From the NCBI GenBank assembly GCA_964057225.1, contig OZ059899.1:2480001-2544000 (forward strand): a stretch of 64,000 bases of DNA, read 5' to 3'. Under the pieces are notes generated by a model. That model was not told the origin of the DNA. It worked only from the letters and a program-made list of their open reading frames with translations, and did no database searches. Position numbers and translations under genes: made by a program. The stretch comes from Auanema rhodensis (lineage: Eukaryota; Animalia; Nematoda). This document shows, piece by piece, positions 12,981-27,020 of the stretch (position 1 is its first letter; each line of letters starts with the position of its first letter).

Positions 12981-15900
12981 ATGGAAACTCAACATACACT
13001 AATGCATCATTTTTCAAACGATCATAACTAATTTTTGTATCAAGCGTTTCTCGATGTAGTATAGTGCATTCGATGCGGATTTTTAAGCTGCGTCGATCTG
13101 TGTTATCAGATTTGCGCTAGCTTAAAAATGCACCGAGATATCAACTGATATAAGTTCACACTTATATCCTCGATTTTCACCCTGAAGAATTAATTTTTTC
13201 GTTGAATAACATTGTCCATCGTCTTTGCCTTAAAAAAAGGAATCTAAAAACATCTACTTTTTGCTAAATTATTTTGAAATTTTTCGAAAAAATTTTTGTC
13301 AAAATGTTTTTGGAAGCAATGTTGAGTGTACATGGAAACTCAACATACACTAATGCATCATTTTTCAAACGATCATAACTAATTTTTGTATCAAGCGTTT
13401 CTCAATGTAGTATAGTGCATTCGATGCGGATTTTTAAGCTGCGTCGATCTGTGTTATCAGATTTGCGCTAGCTTAAAAATGCACCGAGATATCAACTGAT
13501 ATAAGTTCACACTTATATCCTCGATTTTCACCCTGAAGAATTAATTTTTTCGTTGAATAACATTGTCCATCGTCTTTGCCTTAAAAAAAGGAATCTAAAA
13601 ACATCTACTTTTTGCTAAATTATTTCGAAATTTTTCGAAAAAAGTTTTGTCAAAATGTTTTTGGAAGCAATGTTGAGTGTACATGGAAACTCAAAATACA
13701 CTAATGCATCATTTTTCAAACGATCATAACTAATTTTTGTATCAAGCGTTTCTCAATGTAGTATAGTGCATTCGATGCGGATTTTTAAGCTGCGTCGATC
13801 TGTGTTATCAGATTTGCGCTAGCTTAAAAATGCACCGAGATATCAACTGATATAAGTTCACACTTATATCCTCGATTTTCACCCTGAAGAATTAATTTTT
13901 TCGTTGAATAACATTGTCCATCGTCTTTGCCTTGAAAAATGGAATCTAAAAACATCTACTTTTTGCTAAATTATTTTGAAATTTTTGGAAAAAATTTTTG
14001 TCAAAATGTTTTTGGAAGCAATGTTGAGTGTACATGGAAACTCAACATACACTAATGCATCATTTTTCAAACAATCATAACTAATTTGTGTATTAAGCGT
14101 TTCTCAATGTAGTATAGTGCATTCGATGCGGATTTTTAAGCTGCGTCGATCTGTGTTATCAGATTTGCGCTAGCTTAAAAAAGCACCGAGATATCAACTG
14201 ATATAAGTTCACACTTATATCCTCGATTTTCACCCTGAAGAATTATTGTTTTCGTTGAATAACATTGTCCATCGTCTTTGCCTTGAAAAACGGAATCTAA
14301 AAACATCTACTTTTTGCTAAATTATTTTGAAATTTTTCGAAAAAATTTTTGTCAAAATGTTTTTGGAAGCAATGTTGAGTGTACATGGAAACTCAACATA
14401 CACTAATGCATCATTTTTCAAACGATCATAACTAATTTTTGTATCAAGCGTTTCTCGATGTAGTATAGTGCATTCGATGCGGATTTTTAAGCTGCGTCGA
14501 TCTGTGTTATCAGATTTGCGCTAGCTTAAAAATGCACCGAGATATCAACTGATATAAGTTCACACTTATATCCTCGATTTTCACCCTGAAGAATTAACTT
14601 TTTCGTTGAATAACATTGTCCATCGTCTTTGCCTTAAAAAAAGGAATCTAAAAACATCTACTTTTTGCTAAATTATTTTGAAATTTTTCGAAAAAATTTT
14701 TGTCAAAATGTTTTTGGAAGCAATGTTGAGTGTACATGGAAACTCAACATACACTAATGCATCATTTTTCAAACGATCATAACTAATTTTTGTATCAAGC
14801 GTTTCTCAATGTAGTATAGTGCATTCGATGCGGATTTTTAAGCTGCGTCGATCTGTGTTATCAGATTTGCGCTAGCTTAAAAATGCACCGAGATATCAAC
14901 TGATATAAGTTCACACTTATATCCTCGATTTTCACCCTGAAGAATTAATTTTTTCGTTGAATAACATTGTCCATCGTCTTTGCCTTAAAAAAAGGAATCT
15001 GAAAACATCTACTTTTTGCTAAATTATTTTGAAATTTTTCGAAAAAAGTTTTGTCAAAATGTTTTTGGAAGCAATGTTGAGTGTACATGGAAACTCAACA
15101 TACACTAATGCATCATTTTTCAAACGATCATAACTAATTTTTGTATCAAACGTTTCTCAATGTAGTATAGTGCATTCGATGCGGATTTTTAAGCTGCGTC
15201 GATCTGTGTTATCAGATTTGCGCTAGCTTAAAAATGCACCGAGATATCAACTGATATAAGTTCACACTTATATCCTCGATTTTCACCCTGAAGAATTGAT
15301 TTTTTCGTTGAATAACATTGTCTATCGTCTTTGCCTTGAAAAATGGAATCTAAAAACATCTACTTTTTGCTAAATTATTTTGAAATTTTTCGAAAAAAGT
15401 TTTGTCAAAATGTTTTTGGAAGCAATGTTGAGTGTACATGGAAACTCAACATACACTAATGCATCATTTTTCAAACGATCATAACTAATTTTTGTATCAA
15501 GCGTTTCTCAATGTAGTATAGTGCATTCGATGCGGATTTTTAAGCTGCGTCGATCTGTGTTATCAGATTTGCGCTAGCTTAAAAATGCACCGAGATATCA
15601 ACTGATATAAGTTCACACTTATATCCTCGATTTTCACCCTGAAGAATTAATTTTTTCGTTGAATAACATTGTCCATCGTCTTTGCCTTAAAAAAAGGAAT
15701 CTAAAAACATCTACTTTTTGCTAAATTATTTCGAAATTTTTCGAAAAAAGTTTTGTCAAAATGTTTTTGGAAGCAATGTTGAGTGTACATGGAAACTCAA
15801 AATACACTAATGCATCATTTTTCAAACGATCATAACTAATTTTTGTATCAAGCGTTTCTCAATGTAGTATAGTGCATTCGATGCGGATTTTTAAGCTGCG

Positions 15901-17543
15901 TCGATCTGTGTTATCAGATTTGCGCTAGCTTAAAAATGCACCGAGATATCAACTGATATAAGTTCACACTTATATCCTCGATTTTCACCCTGAAGAATTA
16001 ATTTTTTCGTTGAATAACATTGTCCATCGTCTTTGCCTTGAAAAATGGAATCTAAAAACATCTACTTTTTGCTAAATTATTTTGAAATTTTTGGAAAAAA
16101 TTTTTGTCAAAATGTTTTTGGAAGCAATGTTGAGTGTACATGGAAACTCAACATACACTAATGCATCATTTTTCAAACAATCATAACTAATTTGTGTATT
16201 AAGCGTTTCTCAATGTAGTATAGTGCATTCGATGCGGATTTTTAAGCTGCGTCGATCTGTGTTATCAGATTTGCGCTAGCTTAAAAATGCACCGAGATAT
16301 CAACTGATATAAGTTCACACTTATATCCTCGATTTTCACCCTGAAGAATTAATTTTTTCGTTGAATAACATTGTCCATCGTCTTTGCCTTAAAAAAAGGA
16401 ATCTAAAAACATCTACTTTTTGCTAAATTATTTCGAAATTTTTCGAAAAAAGTTTTGTCAAAATGTTTTTGGAAGCAATGTTGAGTGTACATGGAAACTC
16501 AAAATACACTAATGCATCATTTTTCAAACGATCATAACTAATTTTTGTATCAAGCGTTTCTCAATGTAGTATAGTGCATTCGATGCGGATTTTTAAGCTG
16601 CGTCGATCTGTGTTATCAGATTTGCGCTAGCTTAAAAATGCACCGAGATATCAACTGATATAAGTTCACACTTATATCCTCGATTTTCACCCTGAAGAAT
16701 TAATTTTTTCGTTGAATAACATTGTCCATCGTCTTTGCCTTGAAAAATGGAATCTAAAAACATCTACTTTTTGCTAAATTATTTTGAAATTTTTGGAAAA
16801 AATTTTTGTCAAAATGTTTTTGGAAGCAATGTTGAGTGTACATGGAAACTCAACATACACTAATGCATCATTTTTCAAACAATCATAACTAATTTGTGTA
16901 TTAAGCGTTTCTCAATGTAGTATAGTGCATTCGATGCGGATTTTTAAGCTGCGTCGATCTGTGTTATCAGATTTGCGCTAGCTTAAAAATGCACCGAGAT
17001 ATCAACTGATATAAGTTCACACTTATATCCTCGATTTTCACCCTGAAGAATTAATTTTTTCGTTGAATAACATTGTCCATCGTCTTTGCCTTAAAAAAAG
17101 GAATCTGAAAACATCTACTTTTTGCTAAATTATTTTGAAATTTTTCGAAAAAAGTTTTGTCAAAATGTTTTTGGAAGCAATGTTGAGTGTACATGGAAAC
17201 TCAACATACACTAATGCATCATTTTTCAAACGATCATAACTAATTTTTGTATCAAACGTTTCTCAATGTAGTATAGTGCATTCGATGCGGATTTTTAAGC
17301 TGCGTCGATCTGTGTTATCAGATTTGCGCTAGCTTAAAAATGCACCGAGATATCAACTGATATAAGTTCACACTTATATCCTCGATTTTCACCCTGAAGA
17401 ATTGATTTTTTCGTTGAATAACATTGTCTATCGTCTTTGCCTTGAAAAATGGAATCTAAAAACATCTACTTTTTGCTAAATTATTTTGAAATTTTTCGAA
17501 AAAAGTTTTGTCAAAATGTTTTTGGAAGCAATGTTGAGTGTAC

Positions 17544-20500
17544 ATGGAAACTCAACATACACTAATGCATCATTTTTCAAACGATCATAACTAATTTTTG
17601 TATCAAGCGTTTCTCGATGTAGTATAGTGCATTCGATGCGGATTTTTAAGCTGCGTCGATCTGTGTTATCAGATTTGCGCTAGCTTAAAAATGCACCGAG
17701 ATATCAACTGATATAAGTTCACACTTATATCCTCGATTTTCACCCTGAAGAATTAATTTTTTCGTTGAATAACATTGTCCATCGTCTTTGCCTTAAAAAA
17801 AGGAATCTAAAAACATCTACTTTTTGCTAAATTATTTTGAAATTTTTCGAAAAAATTTTTGTCAAAATGTTTTTGGAAGCAATGTTGAGTGTACATGGAA
17901 ACTCAACATACACTAATGCATCATTTTTCAAACGATCATAACTAATTTTTGTATCAAGCGTTTCTCAATGTAGTATAGTGCATTCGATGCGGATTTTTAA
18001 GCTGCGTCGATCTGTGTTATCAGATTTGCGCTAGCTTAAAAATGCACCGAGATATCAACTGATATAAGTTCACACTTATATCCTCGATTTTCACCCTGAA
18101 GAATTAATTTTTTCGTTGAATAACATTGTCCATCGTCTTTGCCTTAAAAAAAGGAATCTAAAAACATCTACTTTTTGCTAAATTATTTTGAAATTTTTCG
18201 AAAAAAGTTTTGTCAAAATGTTTTTGGAAGCAATGTTGAGTGTACATGGAAACTCAAAATACACTAATGCATCATTTTTCAAACGATCATAACTAATTTT
18301 TGTATCAAGCGTTTCTCAATGTAGTATAGTGCATTCGATGCGGATTTTTAAGCTGCGTCGATCTGTGTTATCAGATTTGCGCTAGCTTAAAAATGCACCG
18401 AGATATCAACTGATATAAGTTCACACTTATATCCTCGATTTTCACCCTGAAGAATTAATTTTTTCGTTGAATAACATTGTCCATCGTCTTTGCCTTGAAA
18501 AATGGAATCTAAAAACATCTACTTTTTGCTAAATTATTTTGAAATTTTTGGAAAAAATTTTTGTCAAAATGTTTTTGGAAGCAATGTTGAGTGTACATGG
18601 AAACTCAACATACACTAATGCATCATTTTTCAAACGATCATAACTAATTTTTGTATCACACGTTTTTCAATGTAGTATAGTGCATTCGATGCGGATTTTT
18701 AAGCTGCGTCGATCTGTGTTATCAGATTTGCGCTAGCTTAAAAATGCACCGAGATATCAACTGATATAAGTTCACACTTATATCCTCGATTTTCACCCTG
18801 AAGAATTGATTTTTTCGTTGAATAACATTGTCTATCGTCTTTGCCTTGAAAAATGGAATCTAAAAACATCTACTTTTTGCTAAATTATTCTGAAATTTTT
18901 CGAAAAAATTTTTGTCAAAATGTTTTTGGAAGCAATGTTGAGTGTACATGGAAACTCAACATACACTAATGCATCATTTTTCAAACAATCATAACTAATT
19001 TGTGTATTAAGCGTTTCTCAATGTAGTATAGTGCATTCGATGCGGATTTTTAAGCTGCGTCGATCTGTGTTATCAGATTTGCGCTAGCTTAAAAATGCAC
19101 CGAGATATCAACTGATATAAGTTCACACTTATATCCTCGATTTTCACCCTGAAGAATTATTGTTTTCGTTGAATAACATTGTCCATCGTCTTTGCCTTGA
19201 AAAACGGAATCTAAAAACATCTACTTTTTGCTAAATTATTTTGAAATTTTTCGAAAAAATTTTTGTCAAAATGTTTTTGGAAGCAATGTTGAGTGTACAT
19301 GGAAACTCAACATACACTAATGCATCATTTTTCAAACGATCATAACTAATTTTTGTATCAAGCGTTTCTCGATGTAGTATAGTGCATTCGATGCCGATTT
19401 TTAAGCTGCGTCGATCTGTGTTATCAGATTTGCGCTAGCTTAAAAATGCACCGAGATATCAACTGATATAAGTTCACACTTATATCCTCGATTTTCACCC
19501 TGAAGAATTAATTTTTTCGTTGAATAACATTGTCCATCGTCTTTGCCTTAAAAAAAGGAATCTAAAAACATCTACTTTTTGCTAAATTATTTTGAAATTT
19601 TTCGAAAAAATTTTTGTCAAAATGTTTTTGGAAGCAATGTTGAGTGTACATGGAAACTCAACATACACTAATGCATCATTTTTCAAACGATCATAACTAA
19701 TTTTTGTATCAAGCGTTTCTCAATGTAGTATAGTGCATTCGATGCGGATTTTTAAGCTGCGTCGATCTGTGTTATCAGATTTGCGCTAGCTTAAAAATGC
19801 ACCGAGATATCAACTGATATAAGTTCACACTTATATCCTCGATTTTCACCCTGAAGAATTAATTTTTTCGTTGAATAACATTGTCCATCGTCTTTGCCTT
19901 AAAAAAAGGAATCTAAAAACATCTACTTTTTGCTAAATTATTTTGAAATTTTTCGAAAAAAGTTTTGTCAAAATGTTTTTGGAAGCAATGTTGAGTGTAC
20001 ATGGAAACTCAAAATACACTAATGCATCATTTTTCAAACGATCATAACTAATTTTTGTATCAAGCGTTTCTCAATGTAGTATAGTGCATTCGATGCGGAT
20101 TTTTAAGCTGCGTCGATCTGTGTTATCAGATTTGCGCTAGCTTAAAAATGCACCGAGATATCAACTGATATAAGTTCACACTTATATCCTCGATTTTCAC
20201 CCTGAAGAATTAATTTTTTCGTTGAATAACATTGTCCATCGTCTTTGCCTTGAAAAATGGAATCTAAAAACATCTACTTTTTGCTAAATTATTTTGAAAT
20301 TTTTGGAAAAAATTTTTGTCAAAATGTTTTTGGAAGCAATGTTGAGTGTACATGGAAACTCAACATACACTAATGCATCATTTTTCAAACGATCATAACT
20401 AATTTTTGTATCACACGTTTTTCAATGTAGTATAGTGCATTCGATGCGGATTTTTAAGCTGCGTCGATCTGTGTTATCAGATTTGCGCTAGCTTAAAAAT

Positions 20501-21053
20501 GCACCGAGATATCAACTGATATAAGTTCACACTTATATCCTCGATTTTCACCCTGAAGAATTGATTTTTTCGTTGAATAACATTGTCTATCGTCTTTGCC
20601 TTGAAAAATGGAATCTAAAAACATCTACTTTTTGCTAAATTATTCTGAAATTTTTCGAAAAAATTTTTGTCAAAATGTTTTTGGAAGCAATGTTGAGTGT
20701 ACATGGAAACTCAACATACACTAATGCATCATTTTTCAAACAATCATAACTAATTTGTGTATTAAGCGTTTCTCAATGTAGTATAGTGCATTCGATGCGG
20801 ATTTTTAAGCTGCGTCGATCTGTGTTATCAGATTTGCGCTAGCTTAAAAATGCACCGAGATATCAACTGATATAAGTTCACACTTATATCCTCGATTTTC
20901 ACCCTGAAGAATTATTGTTTTCGTTGAATAACATTGTCCATCGTCTTTGCCTTGAAAAACGGAATCTAAAAACATCTACTTTTTGCTAAATTATTTTGAA
21001 ATTTTTCGAAAAAATTTTTGTCAAAATGTTTTTGGAAGCAATGTTGAGTGTAC
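17544..21053. repeat. 5-monomer tandem duplication (1755 bp x2; M51-55 / M56-60)
   Basis: Markers CTCAAAATAC (M53, M58), ATCACACGTTTTTC (M54, M59) and ATTATTGTTTT + AAAACGG (M55, M60) recur at 1755-bp spacing. Confidence 0.88.
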
Positions 21054-22106
21054 ATGGAAACTCAACATACACTAATGCATCATTTTTCAAACGATCATAA
21101 CTAATTTTTGTATCAAGCGTTTCTCGATGTAGTATAGTGCATTCGATGCGGATTTTTAAGCTGCGTCGATCTGTGTTATCAGATTTGCGCTAGCTTAAAA
21201 ATGCACCGAGATATCAACTGATATAAGTTCACACTTATATCCTCGATTTTCACCCTGAAGAATTAATTTTTTCGTTGAATAACATTGTCCATCGTCTTTG
21301 CCTTAAAAAAAGGAATCTAAAAACATCTACTTTTTGCTAAATTATTTTGAAATTTTTCGAAAAAATTTTTGTCAAAATGTTTTTGGAAGCAATGTTGAGT
21401 GTACATGGAAACTCAACATACACTAATGCATCATTTTTCAAACGATCATAACTAATTTTTGTATCAAGCGTTTCTCAATGTAGTATAGTGCATTCGATGC
21501 GGATTTTTAAGCTGCGTCGATCTGTGTTATCAGATTTGCGCTAGCTTAAAAATGCACCGAGATATCAACTGATATAAGTTCACACTTATATCCTCGATTT
21601 TCACCCTGAAGAATTAATTTTTTCGTTGAATAACATTGTCCATCGTCTTTGCCTTAAAAAAAGGAATCTGAAAACATCTACTTTTTGCTAAATTATTTTG
21701 AAATTTTTCGAAAAAAGTTTTGTCAAAATGTTTTTGGAAGCAATGTTGAGTGTACATGGAAACTCAACATACACTAATGCATCATTTTTCAAACGATCAT
21801 AACTAATTTTTGTATCAAACGTTTCTCAATGTAGTATAGTGCATTCGATGCGGATTTTTAAGCTGCGTCGATCTGTGTTATCAGATTTGCGCTAGCTTAA
21901 AAATGCACCGAGATATCAACTGATATAAGTTCACACTTATATCCTCGATTTTCACCCTGAAGAATTGATTTTTTCGTTGAATAACATTGTCTATCGTCTT
22001 TGCCTTGAAAAATGGAATCTAAAAACATCTACTTTTTGCTAAATTATTTTGAAATTTTTCGAAAAAAGTTTTGTCAAAATGTTTTTGGAAGCAATGTTGA
22101 GTGTAC

Positions 22107-25100
22107 ATGGAAACTCAACATACACTAATGCATCATTTTTCAAACGATCATAACTAATTTTTGTATCAAGCGTTTCTCGATGTAGTATAGTGCATTCGAT
22201 GCGGATTTTTAAGCTGCGTCGATCTGTGTTATCAGATTTGCGCTAGCTTAAAAATGCACCGAGATATCAACTGATATAAGTTCACACTTATATCCTCGAT
22301 TTTCACCCTGAAGAATTAATTTTTTCGTTGAATAACATTGTCCATCGTCTTTGCCTTAAAAAAAGGAATCTAAAAACATCTACTTTTTGCTAAATTATTT
22401 TGAAATTTTTCGAAAAAATTTTTGTCAAAATGTTTTTGGAAGCAATGTTGAGTGTACATGGAAACTCAACATACACTAATGCATCATTTTTCAAACGATC
22501 ATAACTAATTTTTGTATCAAGCGTTTCTCAATGTAGTATAGTGCATTCGATGCGGATTTTTAAGCTGCGTCGATCTGTGTTATCAGATTTGCGCTAGCTT
22601 AAAAATGCACCGAGATATCAACTGATATAAGTTCACACTTATATCCTCGATTTTCACCCTGAAGAATTAATTTTTTCGTTGAATAACATTGTCCATCGTC
22701 TTTGCCTTAAAAAAAGGAATCTAAAAACATCTACTTTTTGCTAAATTATTTTGAAATTTTTCGAAAAAAGTTTTGTCAAAATGTTTTTGGAAGCAATGTT
22801 GAGTGTACATGGAAACTCAAAATACACTAATGCATCATTTTTCAAACGATCATAACTAATTTTTGTATCAAGCGTTTCTCAATGTAGTATAGTGCATTCG
22901 ATGCGGATTTTTAAGCTGCGTCGATCTGTGTTATCAGATTTGCGCTAGCTTAAAAATGCACCGAGATATCAACTGATATAAGTTCACACTTATATCCTCG
23001 ATTTTCACCCTGAAGAATTAATTTTTTCGTTGAATAACATTGTCCATCGTCTTTGCCTTGAAAAATGGAATCTAAAAACATCTACTTTTTGCTAAATTAT
23101 TTTGAAATTTTTGGAAAAAATTTTTGTCAAAATGTTTTTGGAAGCAATGTTGAGTGTACATGGAAACTCAACATACACTAATGCATCATTTTTCAAACGA
23201 TCATAACTAATTTTTGTATCACACGTTTCTCAATGTAGTATAGTGCATTCGATGCGGATTTTTAAGCTGCGTCGATCTGTGTTATCAGATTTGCGCTAGC
23301 TTAAAAATGCACCGAGATATCAACTGATATAAGTTCACACTTATATCCTCGATTTTCACCCTGAAGAATTGATTTTTTCGTTGAATAACATTGTCTATCG
23401 TCTTTGCCTTGAGAAATGGAATCTAAAAACATCTACTTTTTGCTAAATTATTCTGAAATTTTTCGAAAAAATTTTTGTCAAAATGTTTTTGGAAGCAATG
23501 TTGAGTGTACATGGAAACTCAACATACACTAATGCATCATTTTTCAAACAATCATAACTAATTTGTGTATTAAGCGTTTCTCAATGTAGTATAGTGCATT
23601 CGATGCGGATTTTTAAGCTGCGTCGATCTGTGTTATCAGATTTGCGCTAGCTTAAAAATGCACCGAGATATCAACTGATATAAGTTCACACTTATATCCT
23701 CGATTTTCACCCTGAAGAATTAATTTTTTCGTTGAATAACATTGTCCATCGTCTTTGCCTTGAAAAATGGAATCTAAAAACATCTACTTTTTGCTAAATT
23801 ATTTTGAAATTTTTGGAAAAAATTTTTGTCAAAATGTTTTTGGAAGCAATGTTGAGTGTACATGGAAACTCAACATACACTAATGCATCATTTTTCAAAC
23901 GATCATAACTAATTTTTGTATCACACGTTTCTCAATGTAGTATAGTGCATTCGATGCGGATTTTTAAGCTGCGTCGATCTGTGTTATCAGATTTGCGCTA
24001 GCTTAAAAATGCACCGAGATATCAACTGATATAAGTTCACACTTATATCCTCGATTTTCACCCTGAAGAATTGATTTTTTCGTTGAATAACATTGTCTAT
24101 CGTCTTTGCCTTGAAAAATGGAATCTAAAAACATCTACTTTTTGCTAAATTATTCTGAAATTTTTCGAAAAAATTTTTGTCAAAATGTTTTTGGAAGCAA
24201 TGTTGAGTGTACATGGAAACTCAACATACACTAATGCATCATTTTTCAAACAATCATAACTAATTTGTGTATTAAGCGTTTCTCAATGTAGTATAGTGCA
24301 TTCGATGCGGATTTTTAAGCTGCGTCGATCTGTGTTATCAGATTTGCGCTAGCTTAAAAATGCACCGAGATATCAACTGATATAAGTTCACACTTATATC
24401 CTCGATTTTCACCCTGAAGAATTATTGTTTTCGTTGAATAACATTGTCCATCGTCTTTGCCTTGAAAAACGGAATCTAAAAACATCTACTTTTTGCTAAA
24501 TTATTTTGAAATTTTTCGAAAAAATTTTTGTCAAAATGTTTTTGGAAGCAATGTTGAGTGTACATGGAAACTCAACATACACTAATGCATCATTTTTCAA
24601 ACGATCATAACTAATTTTTGTATCAAGCGTTTCTCGATGTAGTATAGTGCATTCGATGCGGATTTTTAAGCTGCGTCGATCTGTGTTATCAGATTTGCGC
24701 TAGCTTAAAAATGCACCGAGATATCAACTGATATAAGTTCACACTTATATCCTCGATTTTCACCCTGAAGAATTAATTTTTTCGTTGAATAACATTGTCC
24801 ATCGTCTTTGCCTTAAAAAAAGGAATCTAAAAACATCTACTTTTTGCTAAATTATTTTGAAATTTTTCGAAAAAATTTTTGTCAAAATGTTTTTGGAAGC
24901 AATGTTGAGTGTACATGGAAACTCAACATACACTAATGCATCATTTTTCAAACGATCATAACTAATTTTTGTATCAAGCGTTTCTCAATGTAGTATAGTG
25001 CATTCGATGCGGATTTTTAAGCTGCGTCGATCTGTGTTATCAGATTTGCGCTAGCTTAAAAATGCACCGAGATATCAACTGATATAAGTTCACACTTATA

Positions 25101-27020
25101 TCCTCGATTTTCACCCTGAAGAATTAATTTTTTCGTTGAATAACATTGTCCATCGTCTTTGCCTTAAAAAAAGGAATCTAAAAACATCTACTTTTTGCTA
25201 AATTATTTTGAAATTTTTCGAAAAAAGTTTTGTCAAAATGTTTTTGGAAGCAATGTTGAGTGTACATGGAAACTCAAAATACACTAATGCATCATTTTTC
25301 AAACGATCATAACTAATTTTTGTATCAAGCGTTTCTCAATGTAGTATAGTGCATTCGATGCGGATTTTTAAGCTGCGTCGATCTGTGTTATCAGATTTGC
25401 GCTAGCTTAAAAATGCACCGAGATATCAACTGATATAAGTTCACACTTATATCCTCGATTTTCACCCTGAAGAATTAATTTTTTCGTTGAATAACATTGT
25501 CCATCGTCTTTGCCTTGAAAAATGGAATCTAAAAACATCTACTTTTTGCTAAATTATTTTGAAATTTTTGGAAAAAATTTTTGTCAAAATGTTTTTGGAA
25601 GCAATGTTGAGTGTACATGGAAACTCAACATACACTAATGCATCATTTTTCAAACGATCATAACTAATTTTTGTATCACACGTTTCTCAATGTAGTATAG
25701 TGCATTCGATGCGGATTTTTAAGCTGCGTCGATCTGTGTTATCAGATTTGCGCTAGCTTAAAAATGCACCGAGATATCAACTGATATAAGTTCACACTTA
25801 TATCCTCGATTTTCACCCTGAAGAATTGATTTTTTCGTTGAATAACATTGTCTATCGTCTTTGCCTTGAGAAATGGAATCTAAAAACATCTACTTTTTGC
25901 TAAATTATTCTGAAATTTTTCGAAAAAATTTTTGTCAAAATGTTTTTGGAAGCAATGTTGAGTGTACATGGAAACTCAACATACACTAATGCATCATTTT
26001 TCAAACAATCATAACTAATTTGTGTATTAAGCGTTTCTCAATGTAGTATAGTGCATTCGATGCGGATTTTTAAGCTGCGTCGATCTGTGTTATCAGATTT
26101 GCGCTAGCTTAAAAATGCACCGAGATATCAACTGATATAAGTTCACACTTATATCCTCGATTTTCACCCTGAAGAATTAATTTTTTCGTTGAATAACATT
26201 GTCCATCGTCTTTGCCTTGAAAAATGGAATCTAAAAACATCTACTTTTTGCTAAATTATTTTGAAATTTTTGGAAAAAATTTTTGTCAAAATGTTTTTGG
26301 AAGCAATGTTGAGTGTACATGGAAACTCAACATACACTAATGCATCATTTTTCAAACGATCATAACTAATTTTTGTATCACACGTTTCTCAATGTAGTAT
26401 AGTGCATTCGATGCGGATTTTTAAGCTGCGTCGATCTGTGTTATCAGATTTGCGCTAGCTTAAAAATGCACCGAGATATCAACTGATATAAGTTCACACT
26501 TATATCCTCGATTTTCACCCTGAAGAATTGATTTTTTCGTTGAATAACATTGTCTATCGTCTTTGCCTTGAAAAATGGAATCTAAAAACATCTACTTTTT
26601 GCTAAATTATTCTGAAATTTTTCGAAAAAATTTTTGTCAAAATGTTTTTGGAAGCAATGTTGAGTGTACATGGAAACTCAACATACACTAATGCATCATT
26701 TTTCAAACAATCATAACTAATTTGTGTATTAAGCGTTTCTCAATGTAGTATAGTGCATTCGATGCGGATTTTTAAGCTGCGTCGATCTGTGTTATCAGAT
26801 TTGCGCTAGCTTAAAAATGCACCGAGATATCAACTGATATAAGTTCACACTTATATCCTCGATTTTCACCCTGAAGAATTATTGTTTTCGTTGAATAACA
26901 TTGTCCATCGTCTTTGCCTTGAAAAACGGAATCTAAAAACATCTACTTTTTGCTAAATTATTTTGAAATTTTTCGAAAAAATTTTTGTCAAAATGTTTTT
27001 GGAAGCAATGTTGAGTGTAC
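22107..27020. repeat. 7-monomer tandem duplication (2457 bp x2; M64-70 / M71-77)
   Basis: The private variant TTGAGAAATGG occurs only in M67 and M74. CTCAAAATAC (M66, M73), ATCACACG (M67/69, M74/76) and ATTATTGTTTT (M70, M77) keep the same register. Confidence 0.88.
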